From the NCBI GenBank assembly GCA_965602905.1, contig CBFCZY010000014.1, positions 10,227 to 74,226 of the forward strand: 64,000 bases of DNA, given 5' to 3'. The position numbers were made by a program, and so were the translations under genes. This document shows, piece by piece, positions 45,029-54,674 of the stretch. Source of the DNA: an uncultured bacterium (GTDB lineage Bacteria; SAR324; XYD2-FULL-50-16). How positions within the stretch are numbered: position 1 is the first letter of the stretch; each line of letters begins with the position of its first letter. Below the pieces are notes generated by a model, which did not search any database, had not been told where the DNA came from, and worked only from the letters and a program-made list of their open reading frames with translations.

Positions 45029-46426
45029 TTATTTCCTTTTCCAAGTAGTTTTTCCGTCTTTATCTTCTAAGATGACACCCATTTGCGCAAATTGATCTCG
45101 AATCTCATCTGCTCTCGCCCAATTTTTGGTTTCTCTCGCTGTTACACGCTCGGCGATCAAGGATTCAATTAAGGTGGGGTCAATGGTTTCTTGGCCCTCT
45201 TCTTTGATTCTTGGCTCGTTAAACCACTTTTCTGGGTTCTGCTGCAAGAGGCCTAAAATGGCACCGAGGCTCACAAGCCGACCGAGTAACTTCTGGCCTC
45301 GCTTTTGGCCAGTTTCAATGTTTAGAGACTTGGCTAAATCAAAGAGTACCGAAATGGCCTGAGCTGTATTTAAGTCGTCTGCTAGAGCGTCAAAAAACTC
45401 GTCGCTGTTGGTATTGGCGATAGCCTCACCAAAGGTTTCACTGCCACGCTTTAAAGCTTGGTAGATTTTATCCAACCCTTCTGAAGCAACTTTTAGTGCG
45501 TCATGGCTAAAGTCGATCGATTTTCGGTACTGGCTGGAAAGGATAAAGAAGCGAATCAACTCAGGGTTATAAATCTGAACCAAGTCTTCAATAGTGGCAA
45601 AATTGCCTAAAGACTTACTCATCTTTTGGGATTCGATCTTGATCATCCCGTTATGCAACCAGTAATTTGCGTAAGACTCACCACTAGCGCAGCAAGACTG
45701 AGCAATTTCATTTTCATGGTGAGGGAAGATCAAATCAGAACCCCCTGCATGAATATCAAAATTTGCACCTAGGTGTTTTTGGCTCATGGCAGAGCATTCA
45801 ATGTGCCAACCGGGGCGACCTTCTCCCCATGGGCTTTCCCACTTAGGTTCATTGGGTTTGGCAGACTTCCAAAGAACAAAATCCAAGGGGTTTTCTTTAG
45901 TCTCTTGTACGTCTACCCTTTGGCCAGCGATTAAATCTTCAATGTTTTTGCCTGAAAGTTTGCCATAGTCGCCGTAGGATTCCACCTTAAAAAATACGTC
46001 TCCACCAGCTTCGTAAGCGTGACCCTTTGCAACCAATTGCTCGATCATGGAAATCATCTCTGCAATGTGATCGGTAGCTTTTGGGGCTAAGGTAGGAGCG
46101 TTGATGCCTAAAGATTCCATGTCTCGGTCGTGCAGGGCAATCATTTCTGTAGCCAGTTCGCCCACAGTGATCTCTCTACCCTTTGCACGGTCGATCATCT
46201 TATCATCGATGTCAGTATAGTTTTTAATGTAGGTCACTTCCAACTCTTGGGACTCCAAAAAGCGGCGGAGTACATCAAAATTTACGGCCCCCCGAGCGTG
46301 GCCTAGGTGGCAACGATCGTAAACGGTAACGCCACAATTGTAGATGGAAACCTTGCCCGCAGTGATGGGGGTAAAGTCCTCCTTCTGGTTGGTCAGGCTA
46401 TTGTAGAATTTAATCTGTCGTAACAT
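45029..46426 (-). CDS. cysS: Cysteine--tRNA ligase
   Basis: Class I aaRS motifs HLGHAR and KMSKS, plus overall CysRS similarity. Confidence 0.97.
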   Translation of the reverse strand: MLRQIKFYNSLTNQKEDFTPITAGKVSIYNCGVTVYDRCHLGHARGAVNFDVLRRFLESQELEVTYIKNYTDIDDKMIDRAKGREITVGELATEMIALHDRDMESLGINAPTLAPKATDHIAEMISMIEQLVAKGHAYEAGGDVFFKVESYGDYGKLSGKNIEDLIAGQRVDVQETKENPLDFVLWKSAKPNEPKWESPWGEGRPGWHIECSAMSQKHLGANFDIHAGGSDLIFPHHENEIAQSCCASGESYANYWLHNGMIKIESQKMSKSLGNFATIEDLVQIYNPELIRFFILSSQYRKSIDFSHDALKVASEGLDKIYQALKRGSETFGEAIANTNSDEFFDALADDLNTAQAISVLFDLAKSLNIETGQKRGQKLLGRLVSLGAILGLLQQNPEKWFNEPRIKEEGQETIDPTLIESLIAERVTARETKNWARADEIRDQFAQMGVILEDKDGKTTWKRK

Positions 46427-46813
46427 TTATAATTCGCCTTCTTCACAAGTGGTAGTAAATCCACCTCTTGGCTTGTACATGGTAGTAACAATAATTTTCT
46501 CAGTCTTCAGCAGTGCCTTTAGATCTTTGTAGATGCGGGCGGTAACGCCTTCTTGGAAAAGGCCTACATTTCTGTAGCTGGTGATGTAATACTTTAAGCT
46601 TTTTAGCTCCACACAAACACCACCTTGGGGGCGGTACTCAATGATCAAATCACCGTAATCAGGCAGGCCTGAAAAGGGGCAGACAGCAGAAAATTCTTCT
46701 GTTTCTGTGGTGATCAATTGGTTGGGGCTATCAAAATTAAAGGTTTCTAAAAAGTCAGTTCTAATCTTTTCTACACCTTCAAATGAAAATTGTTTTCCTT
46801 CTGCTTCAGCCAT
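46427..46813 (-). CDS. queF: NADPH-dependent 7-cyano-7-deazaguanine reductase (unimodular type)
   Basis: [13 protein letters not shown] catalytic Cys motif and the ELKSLKYY QueF motif. Start set to ATG 46813 (MAEAEGKQF). Confidence 0.92.
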   Translation of the reverse strand: MAEAEGKQFSFEGVEKIRTDFLETFNFDSPNQLITTETEEFSAVCPFSGLPDYGDLIIEYRPQGGVCVELKSLKYYITSYRNVGLFQEGVTARIYKDLKALLKTEKIIVTTMYKPRGGFTTTCEEGEL

Positions 46814-46838
46814 TTTATGTCCTAATATCTTTGTTAAA

Positions 46839-47507
46839 TTATGATTTGGTTTGTATAAATTCTTCGTACCCTTTTTTGCGTAAAATACAAGCGGGGCAGT
46901 GGCCGCAGCCTCTTCCCCAGTCGTGCATTGAAGGCTCACCTAAGTAACAGGTGTGGGAATCTTTTAAAACAACCTCTAAGATGCCTTCGGTCTGAGCCAG
47001 CTCAAAAGTGGCGGCTTTTGTTAAGTGCATCAAGGGTGTTGCCAGTTCGATTTCTTGGTCACTGCCTGAGTTCAATGCTGCAATGATGTTAATCGCAAAG
47101 GGTTCACGGCAATCGGGGTAACCACTGTAGTCTGTCTGGCAAAGGCCAGCTACTAAGGTGTCGGCCTTGATCGTCTGGGCGTAACTGTGAGAAAGCAAAA
47201 TAAATAGGGCGTTTCTGTTGGGCACAAATGAAGCTGGTAGGTCGTGATTATCCTCGTGAGGGGCATCAATGGCCTGAGCGCTGCCTGTTAAGGCAGAATG
47301 AACCATTCCTTGGTAAAAGGATATGTCAATTTCATGGTGCTTTACTTGTTGATCTTTGGCGATTTTTCTCGCCTGCTCGATTTCGATCTTGTGGGTTTGG
47401 CCGTATAAAAAAGTGATCGCCTCTACGGTCTCAAATCTGTTTTTTGCCCATGCGAGGCAGGTGGTGGAATCTTGTCCACCTGAAAAAATGACTAGGGCTT
47501 TGCTCAT
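46839..47507 (-). CDS. queC: 7-cyano-7-deazaguanine synthase
   Basis: [20 protein letters not shown]-loop and the C-terminal Zn-binding Cys cluster (CGHCPAC). Confidence 0.95.
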   Translation of the reverse strand: MSKALVIFSGGQDSTTCLAWAKNRFETVEAITFLYGQTHKIEIEQARKIAKDQQVKHHEIDISFYQGMVHSALTGSAQAIDAPHEDNHDLPASFVPNRNALFILLSHSYAQTIKADTLVAGLCQTDYSGYPDCREPFAINIIAALNSGSDQEIELATPLMHLTKAATFELAQTEGILEVVLKDSHTCYLGEPSMHDWGRGCGHCPACILRKKGYEEFIQTKS

Positions 47508-48127
47508 GCTACCTCTGTTGTAAAATGATGGTTGCCATCCAATATAGCTTCCAACTTGTCACCTGATCTTAAAGGCCCCACCCCTTTGGGCGTACCTGTA
47601 AGAAGAATATCCCCAGCTTTAAGGGTGAAGATTTTGCTTGCCGCTACAAGCAATTCGAAAGTGGGCGTTAGCATCAAGTTTGTGCTGTCTTTTTGGCGAA
47701 CTTCACCGTTAATCTGTAATTCTATCATGCAATTTTCTGGGTCTTGGATTTCAAACCTATTTGTAATGGGCAGGCTACCATCAAAGGCCTTTGCCGCTTC
47801 CCAAGGGTGGCCATTGGTCTTTAATTTTTTTTGTAAGTCTCGCAAAGTCAGATCCAAACCTATCCCGTAACCAGCACAGGCCGCTTTGGCCTCTTCCAAA
47901 CTGGCATCTTTCAAATCCTTGGCTATCCACACTGCTAATTCCAATTCATGATGCAATTCACCTAGATTCTTAGGAATATTTATTGTCTCTGCAAAGTCCA
48001 CAATGGCAGTAGTGGGCTTAATAAAAAAGATAGGACTGGTAGGGGTTTGGTTGTTCAACTCCTTGATATGATCAAGGTAATTTCTGGCCACGCAAACGAC
48101 TTTGCTAGGGCGTGGGAGTTGAAACAT
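47504..48127 (-). CDS. Fumarylacetoacetate hydrolase (FAH) family protein
   Basis: KVVCVARNYLDH...ELELAVWI...GDILLTGTPKGVGPL. It overlaps queC by 4 nt. Confidence 0.85.
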   Translation of the reverse strand: MFQLPRPSKVVCVARNYLDHIKELNNQTPTSPIFFIKPTTAIVDFAETINIPKNLGELHHELELAVWIAKDLKDASLEEAKAACAGYGIGLDLTLRDLQKKLKTNGHPWEAAKAFDGSLPITNRFEIQDPENCMIELQINGEVRQKDSTNLMLTPTFELLVAASKIFTLKAGDILLTGTPKGVGPLRSGDKLEAILDGNHHFTTEVA

Positions 48128-48274
48128 GAGCTTTCCTTTGGTTTAAACCCTATAATTTAGGCTTTTATAAGCATTTGTTCAATGGTAAAGGCTATATTTT
48201 TCAAGTTAGCAAAGACTTTTCTTTACAGCTTAGCCTTCTTCTCTCAAACTACAAGAAATTTGATAGGTTTAAAG

Positions 48275-48976
48275 ATGCAAGACCATTTACTTTTAGGCAT
48301 TGAATGCACAGGCAACCCCTTATCTTTGGGGCTCTCAAAAGCGGGGAAAGCTTTAGGACTAGTCTGGCTGGATGCGGGTGCCCAAAGCTCCACCATGATT
48401 TTAGATGCCCTAGAGAATTTACTAAGCTCTGCCAAAATCGACAAAAAAGAGTTACAAGGCATTTGTTTAACCTTGGGACCGGGCTCTTTTACAGGCCTCC
48501 GTGTGGGAATTGCCACGGCAGAAGGTTTGGCCCAAGCCTTTAACATCCCCCTTTATGGGATCAGTGTTTTAGAGGTAATGGCAGGCAGCCTGCCCCATTA
48601 TCCAAATAAAATTCATGCGATACAAAACGCCTACAAGGGCGAAGTCTACTCAGGCACTTATGACTGTAGCTCAGGGATTCCTGAGACCATCGGTTCCATG
48701 GCGATGGAAAAACCAGAGGTCTTTTTTGAGAAGGTTCAAGCTGGGGATATGGTGGTGGGAACAGGTCTCGCTGTACTCGCCAAAAGCAATCTTGACCTTG
48801 CGGATAAGGGTGCCCATGCCGACCCTAGTTGGGGGCGAAACTCCAACGGAATCACTGTAATTGAGTGCTGTATTAAGAAAAAAATCCAAGCTGCGGCGGC
48901 TAAATCCTTAGAGCCAATTTATATCAGAGCCAGCGAGGCTGAGGTAAATTATGATCAAAACTTTAAATCTCGTTAG
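48275..48976 (+). CDS. tsaB: tRNA t6A37 threonylcarbamoyl transfer protein TsaB
   Basis: LLLGIECTGNPLSLGL...GPGSFTGLRVGIATAEGLA. Start set to ATG 48275. Confidence 0.85.
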   Translation: MQDHLLLGIECTGNPLSLGLSKAGKALGLVWLDAGAQSSTMILDALENLLSSAKIDKKELQGICLTLGPGSFTGLRVGIATAEGLAQAFNIPLYGISVLEVMAGSLPHYPNKIHAIQNAYKGEVYSGTYDCSSGIPETIGSMAMEKPEVFFEKVQAGDMVVGTGLAVLAKSNLDLADKGAHADPSWGRNSNGITVIECCIKKKIQAAAAKSLEPIYIRASEAEVNYDQNFKSR

Positions 48977-49430
48977 GTTAGAGGCCCAGCAGCCTGTTCA
49001 AGAAAAACTAACGGCAAAGGATCTGGATTTGCTCGTGGCGCTAGATGAAGATTGCCTGCCCTCTGAGGCTTGGCATTCAGGGATTTGGGAAGGTTTTCTG
49101 AGTAAGAGAGATTGCCTGTTGCTGCATGATGATAAGGCCTTTGCCCTCTTTGCTATAGCCGTTGATGAGGCTGAAGTTATAAAGGTTGGTGTAAAAACCC
49201 CCTTTAGAAAGCAAGGATTAGCTAAAAAAATACTGGCTTTGGCTTTTGAACAATTGACTTCTTTAGAGATCAAAAAGGTGGCCTTGGAAGTAAGGACATC
49301 TAACGAAGCTGCAAAAAAATTATACCAATCACTGGGTTTCACCAAAGCAGGTTTGAGAAAAAATTATTACCGACACCCCGCTGAAGATGCCCAAATTTGG
49401 GTGAAAGAGATGCAGGGAAAAGACAGTTAA
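48951..49430 (+). CDS. rimI: GNAT acetyltransferase, RimI-like
   Basis: GNAT motif A (FRKQGLAKKIL) and its position directly after, and overlapping, tsaB. Confidence 0.8.
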   Translation: MIKTLNLVRLEAQQPVQEKLTAKDLDLLVALDEDCLPSEAWHSGIWEGFLSKRDCLLLHDDKAFALFAIAVDEAEVIKVGVKTPFRKQGLAKKILALAFEQLTSLEIKKVALEVRTSNEAAKKLYQSLGFTKAGLRKNYYRHPAEDAQIWVKEMQGKDS

Positions 49431-49438
49431 GGAAAAAT

Positions 49439-50509
49439 ATGAAGCAAAATATAATCGTACTCTTAGGCGGTCGTTCCTCAGAACATGAAGTTTCCCTGCG
49501 CAGTGGCTTGAGTGTGGCGGAACACATTGACCTAGATAAGTTCAATGTGATTCCAGTTGCCGTGGCTAAAGATGGGGATTGGTTGGTTACAGAGGCATTT
49601 GCCTCTGAGGGTTTAGTCGATCACGCCGAGGATCATAAAAAAATTGCCTTAGCCAAAAACTTGGAGCCAGTGAGCCTTAAAAAGGGCTATTTGGAAGGTG
49701 CAAAGCTAAAGGACTTTAAGGTAGATTGTGTTCTTTCCACCCTCCACGGGACTTTCGGCGAAGATGGCGCCTGCCAAGGCTTTTTAGAATTGGCACAGGT
49801 TCCCTTTGTCGGTAGTGGTTCTGCTGCAAGCGCAATTGCTATGGATAAGGATTTTACCAAGATCCTAACAGAATCAGTCAACGTGGCTACAGCCCCTTGG
49901 ATTACTGTATTTGCAAGTGATAGATGGCCAAGCTATGAGCAAGTAAAAGCCAAATTAGGGGACGTTTTATTTGTAAAACCTGCCAGACAGGGGTCTTCGG
50001 TGGGAATCAGTAAAGTGAAAAAACAGGAAGACTACAAAAAGGCCTTAGAGTTTGCTTTTCAGTATGACGATAAAATTGTAATTGAGCAGGCAATTGTTGG
50101 GCGTGAGATTGAATTGGCAGTACTGGGTAATTCTGAGCTTATCGTTTCACACCCTGGGGAAATTTTACCTGATGATGAGTTTTACACATATGAATCTAAA
50201 TATGTTACCGATGGAACAGAGCTAGTGTTAAAATCAGATTTAAAACCTGAGCTGGTAGCTCAGCTACAAGAAACGGCCAAGCTACTCTACAAAACCATGG
50301 GCCTAGCAGGCCTTTCTCGGATGGACTTTTTTGTTACCGAAGATAGTAAAATATGGTTCAATGAACCCAATAGCTTACCTGGCTTTACCAGCATCAGCAT
50401 GTATCCCAAAATGATGGCAGAGGCAGGCATAGGCTACAGCGAACTCATTTCAAAGCTCATTGCTCTAGGCATTGAGCGGTTTGAAAAAGAAAAAATCTTT
50501 AAAGGATAA
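49439..50509 (+). CDS. ddl: D-alanine--D-alanine ligase
   Basis: VLLGGRSSEHEVSLRSG, LHGTFGEDGACQGFLE, and an ATP-grasp C-terminal part (NEPNSLPGFT). Start set to ATG 49439. Confidence 0.95.
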   Translation: MKQNIIVLLGGRSSEHEVSLRSGLSVAEHIDLDKFNVIPVAVAKDGDWLVTEAFASEGLVDHAEDHKKIALAKNLEPVSLKKGYLEGAKLKDFKVDCVLSTLHGTFGEDGACQGFLELAQVPFVGSGSAASAIAMDKDFTKILTESVNVATAPWITVFASDRWPSYEQVKAKLGDVLFVKPARQGSSVGISKVKKQEDYKKALEFAFQYDDKIVIEQAIVGREIELAVLGNSELIVSHPGEILPDDEFYTYESKYVTDGTELVLKSDLKPELVAQLQETAKLLYKTMGLAGLSRMDFFVTEDSKIWFNEPNSLPGFTSISMYPKMMAEAGIGYSELISKLIALGIERFEKEKIFKG

Positions 50510-50513
50510 TAAT

Positions 50514-51167
50514 ATGATCTGGATCGTCTCAGCAATTGAATCAGAGCTTCATTCTATAGCCCAAGGTTTAGAGTTGGAAGGGGAAAGCTTCCCCATTATA
50601 GATGAAAAAAGAGGTTTGCTTTTGGCCCCTGCGGGCATCGGTTGGCTCAAGGCTTACCAAGGTTTAAGCGATCTCTACAGTCATGCTGGAAGCCCAGGCA
50701 ACCCAGTGGCGGCCTTTGGCGCTAAACCTGCCCAGATTATTTTTATTGGCACTGCCGGCACTTACAGCTCTGAGGTTGAAGTTGGGGATATTGTTCAAGC
50801 CAGTGAGGTGATCTTGCTGGATGCTGCTGCCGAATTGGGTCTTTCGAAATACCCTAGTTTTGACCCACCAACTTTTATTAAAGCCAAAGAGATCTTTCCT
50901 GGCGAAGAGAGTTTTAAAGTTGCCAGCCTACTTTCTTTGACTTTAGACCAGAATTTAAGTGAACTGATTCACAAAAATAGGGCCGTAGTCTTAGAAAATA
51001 TGGAAGCTTACGCCATTGCAACCTTCGCTAAAGCCAATAAAATTGACTTCTCAGGGGTTTTTGCTGTGACGAACAAGGTGGGGCCAACAGGTCACGACGA
51101 GTGGAAGGCCAATCATAAAAAGGTTGAAATAGCCTGTGGGGAGAAGGTTCTAGAGCTTTTTGGATAA
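50514..51167 (+). CDS. PNP_UDP_1-family nucleosidase, futalosine hydrolase (MqnB)-like
   Basis: Short nucleosidase fold (IVSAIESEL..., FIGTAG, ENMEAYAIA). It sits near an mqnC/mqnE-type gene. The assignment to MqnB rather than MTA/SAH nucleosidase is inferred from context. Confidence 0.6.
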   Translation: MIWIVSAIESELHSIAQGLELEGESFPIIDEKRGLLLAPAGIGWLKAYQGLSDLYSHAGSPGNPVAAFGAKPAQIIFIGTAGTYSSEVEVGDIVQASEVILLDAAAELGLSKYPSFDPPTFIKAKEIFPGEESFKVASLLSLTLDQNLSELIHKNRAVVLENMEAYAIATFAKANKIDFSGVFAVTNKVGPTGHDEWKANHKKVEIACGEKVLELFG

Positions 51168-51301
51168 AAAAATTAATTTTTTTCTTTCCAAAGCAAGATT
51201 TTTTCGCAAGTCTGAGTCCAATTGCCAAGGGGGCAAATGTTTGCTCTTTTATGTAACATGACATTGGCCTAAGTGATCTTAGGCATAAGAAGGAGAAAAA
51301 A

Positions 51302-51502
51302 ATGGCTAGGGAAATTGTAATTGATCGTGACGAATGTACTTCTTGTGTACAGTGTGCTGACAACTTACCAGACGTATTTGCTATGGATGACGATGACATC
51401 GCAGTAGTAGTTGGTGATGGTAGCGCTGGAAGCGAAGAAGATATTCAAGAAGAAATTGATACTTGCCCAGGTGAGTGCATTTTCTGGAAAGACGAGATGT
51501 AA
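51302..51502 (+). CDS. Small single-cluster [4Fe-4S]/[3Fe-4S] ferredoxin
   Basis: CTSCVQC...CPGEC cysteine pattern in an acidic 66-aa protein, with an AGGAG RBS. Confidence 0.8.
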   Translation: MAREIVIDRDECTSCVQCADNLPDVFAMDDDDIAVVVGDGSAGSEEDIQEEIDTCPGECIFWKDEM

Positions 51503-51513
51503 TTTAGTTTCTT

Positions 51514-51537
51514 AAAGGTCGCAAATTTGCGACCTTT
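51514..51537. terminator. Perfect 24-bp palindrome between convergent genes; possible bidirectional terminator
   Basis: AAAGGTCGCAAA/TTTGCGACCTTT. The flanking U-runs are short, so termination efficiency is uncertain. Confidence 0.45.
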
Positions 51538-51549
51538 GAGAAAACACAT

Positions 51550-52596
51550 CTATACTGGCTGGTAGTTAAAGTCTCTGTTAAAGGCCTTTAACCCAGCTTC
51601 TTCAATCAGCTTTATTGCAGCTTTTTCATCTTTCACACCGTAAGAACGAAGAACATTCTCTTCTAATACAGGTGATGAGATGTCATTAGCGCCCATTCGC
51701 AAAGCTAATTGGCCTATATCTTGGCCCAATACCATAACAGAAACTTCAATATTATCAATGTTGTCTAAGTAGATTCTACAAAGGGCCAATACCTTTAGAT
51801 ATTGGTGATGAGGAATTTTTTCAACAACAAAATCTTTTGTCTGTGGCTGGAAAGTCCAAGGGATAAAGGAATTAAAACCACCTGTTTCATCCTGTAGCTT
51901 CCTGACTACCTCTAAATGTTCAATCATTTCTGCGTCCGATTCAACGGAACCAAAGACGATATTTGCCGAACCATGAAGACCTTGGCTGTGGCATTCTCTT
52001 AAAATATCGGCCCATTCAGCAACGTCGCATTTGTTAGGGCTTAAAATCTCCCTCACTCGCTCTACTAATATTTCTGCACCAGCGCCGGGAACCGAATCCA
52101 AGCCAGCTTTTTTTAAGTCTTGTAACACATTCGCCAAGGGTCTTTTTTCCTGGGCAGCCATTTGGCGTAATTCCACAGGGGAAAAGCCTCGAATGTGAGT
52201 AATACCGATGGCTTTTAGTGTGCTCAAAGCTTCAAGGTAATAGCTGAAGGGTAGACTGGGGTGAACGCCACCTTGTAAGAATATTTGGTTTGCGCCCATC
52301 TCTTGGGCAGCCTTGCCGCTCGATTCTATATCTTCAAGATTCATAACGTAAGAACCCTTGGCCCCTTGCACCTTTTTAAAGCTGCAAAAGGTACAGTCGA
52401 TCTCACAGACGTTAGTGTAGTTGATGATCTTGAACATGGTGTAGCTGGCCTTTTCGGCCCCCACCTTGGCTATTTTTCTTTCATTTGCCAATTGCGCCAA
52501 ATCCAACCAAGAGGCATCTTTGAGTAAGGTCAAGGCTTGGGTCTGGTCAATACGTTTGCCCTCTTTGATTAGGCTCAAGATTTCTGTAACCTTCAA
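51550..52596 (-). CDS. Radical SAM enzyme of the MqnC/MqnE family (futalosine menaquinone pathway)
   Basis: INYTNVCEIDCTFCSFKK (CxxxCxxC in the MqnC/MqnE/CofH context). Size and overall pattern fit. I cannot separate MqnC from MqnE by eye. Confidence 0.8.
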   Translation of the reverse strand: MKVTEILSLIKEGKRIDQTQALTLLKDASWLDLAQLANERKIAKVGAEKASYTMFKIINYTNVCEIDCTFCSFKKVQGAKGSYVMNLEDIESSGKAAQEMGANQIFLQGGVHPSLPFSYYLEALSTLKAIGITHIRGFSPVELRQMAAQEKRPLANVLQDLKKAGLDSVPGAGAEILVERVREILSPNKCDVAEWADILRECHSQGLHGSANIVFGSVESDAEMIEHLEVVRKLQDETGGFNSFIPWTFQPQTKDFVVEKIPHHQYLKVLALCRIYLDNIDNIEVSVMVLGQDIGQLALRMGANDISSPVLEENVLRSYGVKDEKAAIKLIEEAGLKAFNRDFNYQPV

Positions 52597-54464
52597 GGTT
52601 TCTCCTTTTTATTGATTGCCACCAGTAAAATGGTAATGGCTGCTGGGGTCACGCCGCTAATGCGGGATGCTTGGCCCAAATTTTGAGGTTTATGTTCGTT
52701 TAATTTTTGGATCACTTCGGTAGAAAGACCACCGATCTTGGAATAGTCAAAGTTTACTGGGATCTTAATGGCGTCCACTTTTTTGTACTTTGCCACTTGG
52801 GACTCTTGTCTTATGATGTAGCCTTCGTATTTTATAAGGGTCTCTACATACTCTGTAACATCACTGGAAAAGGCGTGGAATTCTGGCTTTTCAATCAGTT
52901 TGCCCACTTGGGAGATCTTGGCGTCGGGCCGTTTTAAAAAATCATTAATCTTAAACCTGTGGGGCAGTAATGATGTTGCAAGGTCACCTAAAACCTCAGC
53001 TGATTTTTCTGACGGGACAAGGTAGGTCTTGTCGCAATATTCCGTAAAGGCTGCCACCTGTTCCTGCTTTTTTTGAAAGCGTTGGTATTTGGTTTCGCCC
53101 AACAGGCCTAAGTCGTAGCCAAATTGGCTCAAGCGGACATCGGCATTGTCTTCTCTCAGTAAAAGGCGGTATTCGGCCCGACTGGTAAACATGCGGTAGG
53201 GCTCATTGGTGCCTTGGCTGACGAGATCGTCTATCAAAACGCCGATATAAGCTTGATCACGCTCTAATACGAATGGTTCCCTGCCTTGTACCGATAAACT
53301 GGCATTGATGCCTGCCATGAGCCCTTGGGCGGCAGCTTCTTCATATCCACTGGTGCCGTTGATCTGTCCTGCTAGGAATAAACCTTCAATGTCTTTACAC
53401 TCTAGACTGGCTTTCAACTGGGTAGGGAAAACAAAATCATATTCAATGGCGTAACCAGGGCGTACGATATTCACCTTTTCCAAGCCTGCGATAGACCTCA
53501 TAAACTCTTGCTGGACACGAAGAGGTAGGCTGGTAGACATGCCATTAGGGTAGTATTCAAAAGATTGCAAAGAGGTTGGCTCTAAGAAGATCTGATGGCG
53601 CTCTTTATCTGGGAACTTTTGAATTTTGTCTTCAATAGAAGGGCAATATCTTGGCCCAACACCTTTGATTGCTCCGCTGTACATAGCCGAAAGATGCAGG
53701 TTATCTTGGACGATTTGTTTGCCTTGGTCGCCTGTAAAGGTAATAAAACAGGGCACCTGTTTTAAGGGGCGAGCCGTTTCCCAAAAGGAAAAGGGAGCGA
53801 TGATGTCGTCCCCAGGCTGGGAATCTAGCACACTAAAATCAATGGTTCTGCCATCGAGCCTTGGGGTTGTGCCTGTTTTTAGGCGTCCTGTTTTTAGGCC
53901 CAGATCTTTTAATTGTTCTGCCAGAGGTTTGGAGCAAAAGTCCCAAGCTCTGCCAGCTTCAAAGGTTTGGTCACCAATATGAATTAGGCCATTTAAAAAG
54001 GTTCCTGCGCAAATTATGATGGTCTTACACAAGACCACGTCACCAAGTTGGGTTTTAACGCCAGTAATCTTGCCCGCTGTGGCCATGATTTCTGTCACCT
54101 CACCTTGCATTAGGGTCAAATTTTCTTGGGATTCCAGTCGCTCTCTCATATTTGCCTTGTAGGCAATCATATCAGATTGGCAGCGTGTCGCTTGGACAGC
54201 AGGCCCCTTTTTCTGGTTGAGCTTCTTAAATTGAATGCCTGTAGCGTCGGCTGCTAAGCCCATTTCGCCACCGAGTGCATCGATTTCTTTAACCAAATGC
54301 CCCTTTGCAAGGCCACCAATAGCGGGGTTACAGCTCATTGCCGCAACTTGATCGACATTTTGCGTTAAGAGTAATGACTTCTGGCCCATGCGGGCAGCAG
54401 CTAGTGAAGCTTCACAGCCAGCGTGGCCACCACCGATAATAAGTACGTCCCAAATTTCGCTCAT
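52593..54464 (-). CDS. mnmG: tRNA uridine 5-carboxymethylaminomethyl modification enzyme MnmG (GidA)
   Basis: VLIIGGGHAGCEA FAD fold and full-length GidA similarity. Confidence 0.97.
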   Translation of the reverse strand: MSEIWDVLIIGGGHAGCEASLAAARMGQKSLLLTQNVDQVAAMSCNPAIGGLAKGHLVKEIDALGGEMGLAADATGIQFKKLNQKKGPAVQATRCQSDMIAYKANMRERLESQENLTLMQGEVTEIMATAGKITGVKTQLGDVVLCKTIIICAGTFLNGLIHIGDQTFEAGRAWDFCSKPLAEQLKDLGLKTGRLKTGTTPRLDGRTIDFSVLDSQPGDDIIAPFSFWETARPLKQVPCFITFTGDQGKQIVQDNLHLSAMYSGAIKGVGPRYCPSIEDKIQKFPDKERHQIFLEPTSLQSFEYYPNGMSTSLPLRVQQEFMRSIAGLEKVNIVRPGYAIEYDFVFPTQLKASLECKDIEGLFLAGQINGTSGYEEAAAQGLMAGINASLSVQGREPFVLERDQAYIGVLIDDLVSQGTNEPYRMFTSRAEYRLLLREDNADVRLSQFGYDLGLLGETKYQRFQKKQEQVAAFTEYCDKTYLVPSEKSAEVLGDLATSLLPHRFKINDFLKRPDAKISQVGKLIEKPEFHAFSSDVTEYVETLIKYEGYIIRQESQVAKYKKVDAIKIPVNFDYSKIGGLSTEVIQKLNEHKPQNLGQASRISGVTPAAITILLVAINKKEKP

Positions 54465-54674
54465 CCTTTATCCTGTATGAAAAATAGGGTGGTTTGGCAT
54501 TGAATTCGCATTATAATGACTTTAGATAAGAATATTGAGTTTAGAATATCGAATTAAGAATCGAAGTGTAAAAATAGATTTTGTTGTTTGAAGTAACTTA
54601 ATCTAAGCGGAGTTGCCCCCTAAGGCAAGGGGGCGCTCAAAAAAAATAAAGAAACCAAACATTTTAGGAATGCC

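Noticed and set aside
54465-54674. Replication origin (oriC) next to mnmG/gidA
   Set aside because: The region is AT-rich. I see only one imperfect DnaA-box-like 9-mer (TTATCCTGT, 7/9 to TTATCCACA) and no cluster of boxes or 13-mer-like repeats. dnaA and dnaN are not in the window.
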